Assembly (NCBI GenBank): GCA_944380305.1
Contig: CALWHF010000002.1
Coordinates: 105,154 to 169,153, forward strand
Source of the DNA: an uncultured Christensenellaceae bacterium
GTDB taxonomy: Bacteria; Bacillota; Clostridia; Christensenellales; UBA3700
Length of the DNA: 64,000 nt
Reading direction: 5' to 3'
How positions within the stretch are numbered: position 1 is the stretch's first letter; the number at the start of each line of letters is the position of its first letter. Of this stretch, positions 50,226 through 59,299 are shown one piece after another. A program made the translations under genes and the position numbers. The notes beneath the pieces were generated by a model. That model worked only from the letters and a program-made list of their open reading frames with translations, was not told the origin of the DNA and did not search any database.

Positions 50226-53200
50226 TTATCCTAATTCTATTATCAATTGCTGATCGGTATCTCTTAAATTGTTCATTATTCTATACCCTAAAATATTAAA
50301 ACCTTCAAAGATGTTTTCGTTTAACCAGTTTCTATCAATAATCGAATCAAAAAAATTGTTAACGAAATCATCTATGCTTTCCTTATATTGATTTCCAACA
50401 TCAACAATTACCTCACCCGACATACATCCATACGCTGAATATAATTCATTTTTAACATTTTCTTTATTGATATTTCCTTCTTTAATAGCCTTTTTAATGT
50501 TTTTCATGTAAAACAGATTGCCAAAAACATATTGCAATTCTGGATCATATTTGTTTAAAAGTAAACCTGAAAAAATACCTGGCAACGTTTCATTAATTGC
50601 TTTTGTCGCCCATCTGTTTATAGGAACTGGTTCTACCATAATATCCTTGAACTCATGAAATTTTATAAAATTCCTCAAGTAACTCTGATCAGTTTCTCTT
50701 GTAGGTCTAATTATATCAATCACAATACTTGAATATTTTCGTCCTGTTCTTGAATATGCTTGAATATATTCTGCAGTATTCCCAGGTATTCCATAGAAAA
50801 ACATAATGTTAAACCTGTCTGCGTCCACACCATGAGAGATCATTGATGTCGCAGCAATAAGATTAACTCCTTTAAAAACATCTTTAGCGTTTTCAACTTG
50901 AGCAAGTACTTCTCTTACATCTTGAAATGTCTCATCTCCTGTCATTTTGCGAGTTATAAATGGAACGATGCCTTCCTTTTGAAGCTCAAAATTAATAGGC
51001 GTTTCCAATGCACCTTCCACATTATTGCTATCTCTTTTTACATTGTTATACTCAAGGAAAATCCAATAATCTTCCAATATTTTTTGTACATCTTGTATTG
51101 AATCTATCCCTATATTCGGAATATCCAATACAAGCTGTGGATTAGCCAAATATCTGTATACGACTTGCCTCATATATTTTAATGAATAAACCACGGAATT
51201 TATAATTGCTTTTCCGTAAGGCGCATATCCAAGAATTAATCGTTGATTGTCATTTTCATCAATGAATGAATAAAAATTCTTGTTTAAATATGGCGATTCA
51301 CAGGGAAACCTTAAAGGATCTTTTCCGTATAATTGAGTTATTTGCGCATCGTATGAAGATATCGTTGCCGTTGCTCCAATTATTTTTATTTTTCTTTTTG
51401 ATTTGGAAACATTTTGCACAAAATAATCAATAAATGATTCATAATGAGAAGCATATGTTCCCAATGATTCTCTAATCAGATGCAATTCGTCTTGAATAAA
51501 TAATGTTGGAGCGGGATCATACATATCAACTTCTTGATAATTCTGAACTTCTACATCACAAAATTCTTTACTTACTATACAACGACAAGATGAAGTGTAT
51601 CCGTGTTTAGGGCATCGCATAGTAGCTCCTGAGAGTATGTTCCGAAAATTCGGATTGTTTCCTAAAATTGCTAATTTATCTACCGTACTTATAATTGCTG
51701 AAGGCAAATACCTATATATCTCACTATCAACCATATAAATAGGCAGTATTTTACCTGAAGTGCATTCAGGATTGTCACAATAATGGATTAATCTGTAAGT
51801 ATTTTCATCAAAATCCAAATGAACCGTCTGTTTTCCACAAAACGGACATATATCAATGATCCGTTCTTCATCCTTCTCGTCCTGAGACATATTCCTATAG
51901 CTTTTTACTCTAGCCTCACCTATTTTATTTGGAGTATTGTTATCTCCGACAAAATACCCTAACGAAAACTCTTCTGTATCCTTAATCTCACTTATTGAAC
52001 GTCTTAATAATTCTGCTTGTGCTAAAGTATTTGCTAAACGTTGCACTTGCTGCACTGAAAGAAGACGTAGAGGATATCTTAAAATAGAAGTTACTCCACT
52101 ACTTTTACCTCTAAAGCGGTCAAAAAACAAATTAAATACTAATACTCCTAAAAATGCTTCTGTTTTTCCTCCTCCTGTTGGAAAATACAGTAAAGATACC
52201 CATCCCAAAGTTGTTCTTTCTTTCTCTTCATTAGTCATTAAATTTGGATCACAAGCAACTATGTCTGGTATAAGTGAAACGATGTAAACTATTTGAAATA
52301 GTCTCCATGTATCATATTTTTTCGCAGTGTTTAAAAAAGCTTTATTCATATAAATAAAACTTTTTATAACCATTGGATAATCTTTTATTACCTCTATACC
52401 AAATTTAAATCTATTAATTTCTTGTTCAAATTCTTTTATTTCACTTGAAAACTTTTCACGCCCTGCCTCTGTCAATGAATTCTTCTTTCCCTCGAAATCG
52501 GATTTCCATTGTTTTAGTTCAGAAATCATTTTATTTTTAATTTCTTGTAAAATATCAATAGGTTTGTCTATCAAATCTTGAAATTTGACTGCTAATTTAT
52601 CATTTGTCAATAATCTCTTTTGAATATACGTAGGTAAATGCTCAGTCATTATAGCATTTCTATCTTTATCAAAAGTTATTGAACAATTTGCTCCTATCGC
52701 TTTCTGTTCTTTATTGTATTTGTAATCATCCCTAAAATAATCCAAAACTATAGGGGCGTAATTTGCACCACTTAAAATTACTTCTAACCCGGAATTGAAT
52801 AATGTTTCAATAGAAGTTTTATCTTTATCCTTATTATTAGATTGGTGTGTTTGTAAATTAGATTGTACAGCTGACGTATTAACTAAATTTACACTTATTA
52901 AATATCTGTTTTTAATCTTTTTAACCTTAACGTCAATATATACACTCCAATTTTGGTTAATAATAGGCTCTTTTTTTGCTTTCGTATTTAAAAATTTTGC
53001 ATATGTTTCATCGGATAACAGATCTTCAATAGATGTTTGTTCATACACAACATATTTATATCTAAGCGCGTCTGCATCTAGCCCATCTTTTATCGTTTCC
53101 AAATAACTTTGCAATTGCTGATTATGATAATGATTTTCATCCATTATTCCATAATTCAATAGTTCATCATAAATTTCTAACAATAAAAAGTCAATATTAA

Positions 53201-53666
53201 ACTTATCCTTATGTATTTGAATTTTTTTGTAAACAGGAACTAATTTTATTTTTACTTTCTTTATATCAACAGGATTTTTCTTGTATTCATCTACCAATGT
53301 TTCGAAATCAAAAAAATGCTTTTCAAATCTTGAATTAATTTCATCAAGAAAAGCTTGCCTTTGCTGATCTAATGTCGGATATACACGATAATAAAAATCC
53401 CCTTTAGGATATATACAAAGTTTTGCATTATTAAATTCATGTTCTTCGACATAAAAATCCATACCAACAGATTCGATAAACACGTCTGAGTTGTATCCAC
53501 TTTTATTACTATTGCTCTTGTTCGAGAGTAATTTCCCCACAAAAAATACATTTTCAGGATTTTCATCGACAACAAAATCTGAGTTATCCCCTGTTATTTT
53601 CCCTTTAAAATCCTTTAATATTTGTGAAGCTAATTTCTGTCTAGCTTTAGACAATTCTTTTCCCAT
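50226..53666 (-). CDS. drmA: Large SF2 DEAD/DEAH-type helicase, DrmA-like
   Basis: FPTGGGKTEAF (motif I), FIQDELHLI (II), IIGATATI (III) and AATSMISHGVDADRF...QAYSRTGRKY (V/VI). Zn-ribbon inserts are present (CPFCGK...CDNPEC). The N-terminal region of about 470 aa is unassigned. Confidence 0.72.
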   Translation of the reverse strand: MGKELSKARQKLASQILKDFKGKITGDNSDFVVDENPENVFFVGKLLSNKSNSNKSGYNSDVFIESVGMDFYVEEHEFNNAKLCIYPKGDFYYRVYPTLDQQRQAFLDEINSRFEKHFFDFETLVDEYKKNPVDIKKVKIKLVPVYKKIQIHKDKFNIDFLLLEIYDELLNYGIMDENHYHNQQLQSYLETIKDGLDADALRYKYVVYEQTSIEDLLSDETYAKFLNTKAKKEPIINQNWSVYIDVKVKKIKNRYLISVNLVNTSAVQSNLQTHQSNNKDKDKTSIETLFNSGLEVILSGANYAPIVLDYFRDDYKYNKEQKAIGANCSITFDKDRNAIMTEHLPTYIQKRLLTNDKLAVKFQDLIDKPIDILQEIKNKMISELKQWKSDFEGKKNSLTEAGREKFSSEIKEFEQEINRFKFGIEVIKDYPMVIKSFIYMNKAFLNTAKKYDTWRLFQIVYIVSLIPDIVACDPNLMTNEEKERTTLGWVSLLYFPTGGGKTEAFLGVLVFNLFFDRFRGKSSGVTSILRYPLRLLSVQQVQRLANTLAQAELLRRSISEIKDTEEFSLGYFVGDNNTPNKIGEARVKSYRNMSQDEKDEERIIDICPFCGKQTVHLDFDENTYRLIHYCDNPECTSGKILPIYMVDSEIYRYLPSAIISTVDKLAILGNNPNFRNILSGATMRCPKHGYTSSCRCIVSKEFCDVEVQNYQEVDMYDPAPTLFIQDELHLIRESLGTYASHYESFIDYFVQNVSKSKRKIKIIGATATISSYDAQITQLYGKDPLRFPCESPYLNKNFYSFIDENDNQRLILGYAPYGKAIINSVVYSLKYMRQVVYRYLANPQLVLDIPNIGIDSIQDVQKILEDYWIFLEYNNVKRDSNNVEGALETPINFELQKEGIVPFITRKMTGDETFQDVREVLAQVENAKDVFKGVNLIAATSMISHGVDADRFNIMFFYGIPGNTAEYIQAYSRTGRKYSSIVIDIIRPTRETDQSYLRNFIKFHEFKDIMVEPVPINRWATKAINETLPGIFSGLLLNKYDPELQYVFGNLFYMKNIKKAIKEGNINKENVKNELYSAYGCMSGEVIVDVGNQYKESIDDFVNNFFDSIIDRNWLNENIFEGFNILGYRIMNNLRDTDQQLIIELG

Positions 53667-53687
53667 AATACACTCCTTTATAACATA

Positions 53688-54980
53688 TCATTTGTTTATA
53701 ATAAAAGATTTTACAGTATTATATTTAATCCCTACTGATTGAAATATTTTATCGTAGGCTTTATCCTGATCAATATTAATTTCGTCTCCATATTTGCTTA
53801 CTATATTTAACGAGAGAATCAATTCTTCTATAGAATTAACAAAAAAAGGCAAATCTTCTGCCAAAACTACAGCATCCTCATAAGGCTGCTTAAATATATG
53901 TTCTACTGATTCATAGTTTATTATTTCTTTAGGAAGAATTTTCTTTGCGCAGAACAAAATTAAATAATCTCTCAAATTATCTATTTCGTTACTATATGAG
54001 ATATTTATAACTTGTTTAAAGATATAATGCCAGTCATTTAAGCAAGCAATATTTATTTCTTCTAACTTTTTAGTGAAATTTAATATATCATCTTCTCCAT
54101 TTTCTCCGCAAGAAATAATTTTGTTAGATATTGCTTCTTTAAGAGTTTCAATTATCTCCTCACAAGAAAGCTGTTTAAAACTTTGTTTGTTATCTCTACG
54201 TTCTTCGCCATAAACTGTATCCAAATCTAAATCGTAAATTTTTCCTTTTATTTCTCCATTAAAGTCAAAATAATCAACTGCTACGGCACTTTTAGATGAA
54301 AATTTTCCAGTTCCTACGATGCCTTCTCCCGCAAACACAACGTCTTCAACTTCAGTGTCGTTTATGTCCATTGACTTTTTTGCTATTAATTTTCCTCCGC
54401 AATATAAATTTTTACATTTTTTTATAGATTCTACTATTAAATCGTTGCCAACTTCAATATGTTCTGCAATTATATTTCCTTCACATAGCAAATTATTGTT
54501 GCAATTTATTTTTTCAGCCTTTATATCTCCTAAAACGGTTAAATTTCCTTTAACTTCTATTTCTTTAGCATTTACATTTCCAATAATAGTAAGATTGTAA
54601 CATGCTCGAATATACTCTGATTTCATATCATCGCCTATAATGGTATACGACTCGTTAAACATTAAAGGAACATTTGAAGAAAAAGCCTGAATCAAGTTTT
54701 TCCCGCCGATTTGAATCTCGGAAGAATCGTATTGTTTTACGCTTGCAGTTGTATTGATATCGTTATTATCTTCCTCTTTTGAAGCTAAAACTTCTTTGAC
54801 CTTGTCATCTTCAATTACTGAAATCAAACCTTTATCAAATGCTTCCATTGCAATGATCTTTTCTCCATTTGCAAATTGGATAATAATTGCGTTTGATGCA
54901 TCATGATGCTTTTTATATGTACCAACTCCAAAAGTTCTATGTTTTAATTTTGTTATATTTTCTATTAAATGCATTTTCAT
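53688..54980 (-). CDS. Protein with N-terminal UvrD/PcrA-CTD (Tudor)-like motif, central bactofilin-like beta-helix repeats and helical C-terminus
   Basis: LKHRTFGVGTYKKHHDASNAIIIQFANGEKIIAMEAF fits the V-x-H-x-x-FG-x-GT...F..GEK pattern. The repeats are NLTIIGNVNAKEIEVKGNLTVLGDIKAEKINCNNNLLCEGNIIAEHIEVGNDLIV. Confidence 0.5.
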   Translation of the reverse strand: MKMHLIENITKLKHRTFGVGTYKKHHDASNAIIIQFANGEKIIAMEAFDKGLISVIEDDKVKEVLASKEEDNNDINTTASVKQYDSSEIQIGGKNLIQAFSSNVPLMFNESYTIIGDDMKSEYIRACYNLTIIGNVNAKEIEVKGNLTVLGDIKAEKINCNNNLLCEGNIIAEHIEVGNDLIVESIKKCKNLYCGGKLIAKKSMDINDTEVEDVVFAGEGIVGTGKFSSKSAVAVDYFDFNGEIKGKIYDLDLDTVYGEERRDNKQSFKQLSCEEIIETLKEAISNKIISCGENGEDDILNFTKKLEEINIACLNDWHYIFKQVINISYSNEIDNLRDYLILFCAKKILPKEIINYESVEHIFKQPYEDAVVLAEDLPFFVNSIEELILSLNIVSKYGDEINIDQDKAYDKIFQSVGIKYNTVKSFIINK

Positions 54981-54984
54981 CCCC

Positions 54985-56949
54985 TCACGTTATAGATTCT
55001 TCTAATAATCTGACATATTCAGATTCGGTTTTGTTTTCAGGTAAAATAATATGTAAAACTTCTTTTGCTCTCGTACAAGCGACATATAAGTTTCGTATAT
55101 CAGAATGTATTTGATCTAGGGTTTCAACAATTTTTTCATCATCGACATTTTGCAAATTTGGCTTTTTCGTTTGTGCATAAAGCCCCAATGGTTTTATTCC
55201 ACAAATAATAGCTGCTCGAAAATCCAAACCTAAGACAGAAGCGAATTTAATTAATTTTACCCCGTCGCTATGCCCGTACCTGACAGCCCATTCATTATCC
55301 GTAGAAAACATCTTGCTATATGGAATTCCGTTTTGCTCTAACTTTGACTCCAATGGCGATTCTAAATCATATTTATTATCCAGCCAGCCATCAATTTTAG
55401 GCCTATAATGAGAATTATACATAATAACCGCAATTTCATCGTATGGTATTTTGTAGAAATCATGGATCTTTTTAATTGACTCTACTACCATTTTCGCTTC
55501 TTCCGAATTGCACGGTGTCTTAAGTTTTTTTATTTCAACACCTTGTCCGTGTGACACAGATTGTCCTCTTAAAAACATATCAGGATCTAAAGCATAGTTA
55601 TCTTGAAAAGATAATAAATACTTTTTTGCATTGCTAACAAATCGATTAATGTATTCGTTTATCTCTACGCAATTCCTGTAATTCTTTTCAATTCTAATGT
55701 TTTTATTTCCACCTCTATAATTGGGATAACCCTCACCCACATTCCATGGTGCTTTTCCGTGTTTCTGCTGATTCTTTAACTTTTGTGTTTTATCTCCACA
55801 TATTACAAAAAGGTGATCATTGCTTTCTTTATTTTCTAATAAATTAAAACATAATTTATACCATTCAGGGTTAAACTCTTGCACTTCGTCAATGAATATG
55901 CCATAAAATCTATCTTTTATTTGACCTTTATTAAATCTTACTATAGCCGTATCTACCCATCCGTCAAAATCGCCATGAGCAACATTAAATCCGTTATTTA
56001 CAAGTAATGTCTTACACAAAACATGAAAAGTCATACATTGAACATTTTTAGCTCTCAATCCTGCTTTATCAATAAACCACTCGTATAACGAACGGAGATT
56101 ATCATTATAACAAGTAATAAGAAACTGTTTTTCAGGATTCATTGCCGCTGCCTTAAAACACTTTGATATCAGCAACACACTTTTTCCCGATCCTGCACAA
56201 GCAAGAATGAGCTGTTCGCCTTTGTTGATTTTATTTACAATATTTATTTGATTTTCATCCAACCTAAATGCCTTAACAACCGAATCATCTTGTGTTACTA
56301 CTAGCATTTCGTCATCCACTCCTGCACTTGACTGTACCGACTTATTAGACACCACTCTAATAGTAACATATTCAGGAGCAATTCTTTGAAGAATTGAGTT
56401 TATATTAGCGTCACTTATTTTGATTCTTTCATTTGACACTTGAGTTATGGGGTATTTTAAATATTTATATACTGCATTTTCAAAAAATGACTCCCTTGAT
56501 TGTGCCAAATTCTCAGAAAACATGCATTTTTCTTGTATGATTTTTTTTAGTTCTTCATCTTTTATACTTGCTACGATATCTTTATAGCTCAGTTTTGGAA
56601 AAACCAATACAATATTAATTGCAATTTTTAATTTTGAGTCACTCCCTACCAACAGTTTATTCCCCGACAATCTGTCTTGGATAGTTTTTGCAACATTCGG
56701 ATATACCATATTTGCATAAACAGTCATTGTTTGTTGGAACATACTAACGTCTTCAAATAAATCGAAAAATTTATACATTACTATTCCTTCTGTCGTTAGT
56801 AAAACATGCATATAATCGTTTTGTTGCATAGCTGGATTAACTCGCAACAAAAAATAGCCATAATCCTCGCTAGACATTGCATGACGAAGAAAGACTTTTT
56901 CAAAACGTGATAATTCTATTTGCTGATAATCAGACGGCAATATCTCCAT
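54985..56949 (-). CDS. SF1 (UvrD-like) helicase with degenerate NERD-like N-terminus
   Basis: ILACAGSGKSVLL (Walker A), IFIDEVQEF, CGDKTQKL and VACTRAKEVLHIIL. The N-terminal DYMHVLLTTEGIVMYKF has the NERD layout but Y-K replaces E-x-K. Confidence 0.8.
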   Translation of the reverse strand: MEILPSDYQQIELSRFEKVFLRHAMSSEDYGYFLLRVNPAMQQNDYMHVLLTTEGIVMYKFFDLFEDVSMFQQTMTVYANMVYPNVAKTIQDRLSGNKLLVGSDSKLKIAINIVLVFPKLSYKDIVASIKDEELKKIIQEKCMFSENLAQSRESFFENAVYKYLKYPITQVSNERIKISDANINSILQRIAPEYVTIRVVSNKSVQSSAGVDDEMLVVTQDDSVVKAFRLDENQINIVNKINKGEQLILACAGSGKSVLLISKCFKAAAMNPEKQFLITCYNDNLRSLYEWFIDKAGLRAKNVQCMTFHVLCKTLLVNNGFNVAHGDFDGWVDTAIVRFNKGQIKDRFYGIFIDEVQEFNPEWYKLCFNLLENKESNDHLFVICGDKTQKLKNQQKHGKAPWNVGEGYPNYRGGNKNIRIEKNYRNCVEINEYINRFVSNAKKYLLSFQDNYALDPDMFLRGQSVSHGQGVEIKKLKTPCNSEEAKMVVESIKKIHDFYKIPYDEIAVIMYNSHYRPKIDGWLDNKYDLESPLESKLEQNGIPYSKMFSTDNEWAVRYGHSDGVKLIKFASVLGLDFRAAIICGIKPLGLYAQTKKPNLQNVDDEKIVETLDQIHSDIRNLYVACTRAKEVLHIILPENKTESEYVRLLEESIT

Positions 56950-56954
56950 AAAGT

Positions 56955-58475
56955 CTATTTCCTGTTTAGTATTTTTATTATCTCATCAATAATCTCATCC
57001 ACTAATTGTTTTGACAATTTTTGCGATAAAATATCACTCACTATTGCAAGAATTTTTTTCGATTTTTTATCTATTCCTGAATTGATTTTATTTATTTTAT
57101 AATTACTACTCTCGCTAACTTCTAAAATGGTTTCATCTATTTGTTTTTGTAAAACATCTTTTTGAGGTTGTAACTCTGGTCTAACTTTTGTTTTTTGTAA
57201 CGCTTCCCCTGCTTCTTTGAGCCTATCTAATAGTCTTGTTTTATCAACAGTCGAATTAAAGCCCTCTTCCATAGCAACTCCTGCATCTCCCACTTGGCGA
57301 GACACATCGTTTAAAACTTTCGTAGAGATATCATTTCTTAAAGATGAGGCTTCTCGTATTTTTTTAGTGATTTCAGAACCTATACTATCTTGCAACTTCT
57401 CAATAAACTTAAAGTATTCAGATGTTTGTTCAAAATCATCCCTTCTTGCATTTGGAATTAGCTTATCTGTTACAACAAATATTTCGCCTTGCGTCCAGCC
57501 ATTAAATCTTGCTTCTTTGAAAATTGAATTTAACGTTCTGTTATCGCCAATTAAAATATTTCCTTTTCTAACTCTTATACCGGAAATTTCATGTTCTGAG
57601 ACAGAGCCATACCAATTACAATCACCATACCACCCCAAAGCGTATAATTCGTCTTCAACTATAACTTTAAAATAGTTCATTTTTAATATCTCATCGTTTT
57701 TCATTCTGTTGCGATCAGAATGATATCGATGCCTGTTTGGCTTGTAGATTGGTTCTAAATCCTCTGGATTTTCTCCAATAAAAATTGGAAACTCTTCCAC
57801 TTTATACCCATTATCTTGAAGAAAAGCATGTAGACTTGAGCTGTAATAGAACTGTCTTGTTTTGTATGGCAAAGGAGCTACTTGAGAAACATAGCTACGC
57901 ACAACATCGATATTTAACAAATCTGAAAATGAGCTTACATTAATCATTTCAACGGTGAAATAATGCTTTTCAGATTTTTCATATTCTTGCTTAACCGTGG
58001 TAACAACATTGAGAACTGCGGATAAATCTAAATCCTCATTTGCTCCAGGAACTAGTAAGTGTCGCAACTTTTTACAGTCGTATGACACAACAGTTTTTAA
58101 ATCTTCCCCATCTGCTGAAGTTGTAAAAACAAGCATATCGCAATAACTCATTCCCCCCAAACGGCCTATGCCCCTGAAGCCTCTATTGTTTGAATGTCGT
58201 TTTTGAGAACTACCGATATTCATTAAAGTTGAAATCGCTTTTTCTGACGATATTCCTGTTCCGTTGTCTTTTATAGAAATTTTAGAATTTTCCTCGTCAA
58301 CAATAATATCTATACGCATACTCTGAGGCTCTATCAAATTCTGAGAGACTGCGTTTTCAAGTGCATCTACACTATTTTGAATATACTCTCTATAAACAAT
58401 TTTCGGATCTGAATACATTCCTGTTGTTAAAGATTCTAAAGTGTATTTGCCTACTTGTATATCAGTATTTAACAT
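56955..58475 (-). CDS. GHKL (Hsp90/MORC-like) ATPase, paralog 1
   Basis: YIQNSVDALE, IKDNGTGI and GFRGIGRLGGMSY motifs. ATG 58475 follows AAAGGAGAAAAGC. The stop lies 5 nt before the helicase start. Confidence 0.8.
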   Translation of the reverse strand: MLNTDIQVGKYTLESLTTGMYSDPKIVYREYIQNSVDALENAVSQNLIEPQSMRIDIIVDEENSKISIKDNGTGISSEKAISTLMNIGSSQKRHSNNRGFRGIGRLGGMSYCDMLVFTTSADGEDLKTVVSYDCKKLRHLLVPGANEDLDLSAVLNVVTTVKQEYEKSEKHYFTVEMINVSSFSDLLNIDVVRSYVSQVAPLPYKTRQFYYSSSLHAFLQDNGYKVEEFPIFIGENPEDLEPIYKPNRHRYHSDRNRMKNDEILKMNYFKVIVEDELYALGWYGDCNWYGSVSEHEISGIRVRKGNILIGDNRTLNSIFKEARFNGWTQGEIFVVTDKLIPNARRDDFEQTSEYFKFIEKLQDSIGSEITKKIREASSLRNDISTKVLNDVSRQVGDAGVAMEEGFNSTVDKTRLLDRLKEAGEALQKTKVRPELQPQKDVLQKQIDETILEVSESSNYKINKINSGIDKKSKKILAIVSDILSQKLSKQLVDEIIDEIIKILNRK

Positions 58476-58650
58476 GCTTTTCTCCTTTCGTTCATATAAT
58501 ATTACTTTTTTACTTCTAGTTTTGGTTGACAACAAAATCCTATATAGGTGCTATAATAAACAATAATTGTGCTTTAATTAAACTTGAAAACTCAATGACC
58601 GATTTTTAACAGCCCCCTTTTCTTCCAATATTTAAATTATAGCAATTTAG

Positions 58651-59160
58651 TTATATTTTTTCAATATGTTTCATATAATAATTATAATTATAATGTGAAA
58701 ACAAATTTATTATTGACTTTTGCTTTGATACAGCATAATGATATGCGATTTTTGTTCCGCTTCTCGCATTCATAGTTTGCACATAATTTTCATCATAATA
58801 AAAAATACAAATATCTGAAATATCTATCATATAAAAATTGCGTTTTACATAAGACGCCTTTCCTGCAAGTTTTACAGAATCAGGCATATATGTTTCATCG
58901 TATATTGTTAGAAGATAATTTTTGTAATCTTCATTTATGTATTGATATTCAGCTCTAACATAAACACTTTTTATATGTGGCCTTATTTCTTTTAACTCCG
59001 TTACCGCTTTTAAGCATATTGTATCGAACTGACTTTTACTCCCGAATAAAAATGTGTTTACTTCATTGGAATCAATTAAATATAACAAATATTCTTTTAA
59101 CCACTGATAGAAACTTTTATCTATCTCGATATCCCGATGTCCAATAAAAGTAGCGATCAT
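58651..59160 (-). CDS. SLOG-superfamily (DUF1273/YpsA-like) protein
   Basis: MIATFIGHRDIEI...FLFGSKSQFDTICLKAV... is a typical DUF1273 N-terminus. RBS GAGGTG. Confidence 0.6.
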   Translation of the reverse strand: MIATFIGHRDIEIDKSFYQWLKEYLLYLIDSNEVNTFLFGSKSQFDTICLKAVTELKEIRPHIKSVYVRAEYQYINEDYKNYLLTIYDETYMPDSVKLAGKASYVKRNFYMIDISDICIFYYDENYVQTMNARSGTKIAYHYAVSKQKSIINLFSHYNYNYYMKHIEKI

Positions 59161-59299
59161 ACCAACACCTCAAATATTACGACGCTATAACGTCACATAT
59201 TATACACCATTATGTGAAACATCTCAATCAAATACGACGGTATAAATCCGTATTTTTAACGCCTTATGTTGATACACTAATAAAAAAGAGGTGTGAATT

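Larger units (their letters stand above)
43120..59170 (-). other. AT-rich defence-type island (nine minus-strand genes)
   Basis: Sharp compositional drop on both sides. All genes are co-oriented. The gene content is helicases, nucleases, GHKL ATPases, a radical SAM enzyme and a SLOG protein. Confidence 0.75.

Noticed and set aside
43158-58475. Reading the two Hsp90-like GHKL proteins as HtpG chaperones, and the island as housekeeping genes
   Set aside because: They have only the Bergerat ATPase N-terminal motifs and none of the HtpG middle or C-terminal features I know. They sit in an AT-rich foreign island, translationally coupled to helicase and rSAM genes.
43158-59160. Search for a DNA methyltransferase or PLD (DrmC-like) gene to complete a canonical DISARM
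   Set aside because: No D/N-PP-Y/F/W, PCQ or HxK(x)4D motifs were recognisable in any island translation. Absence by eye is not proof, and it is flagged for HMM verification in the findings.
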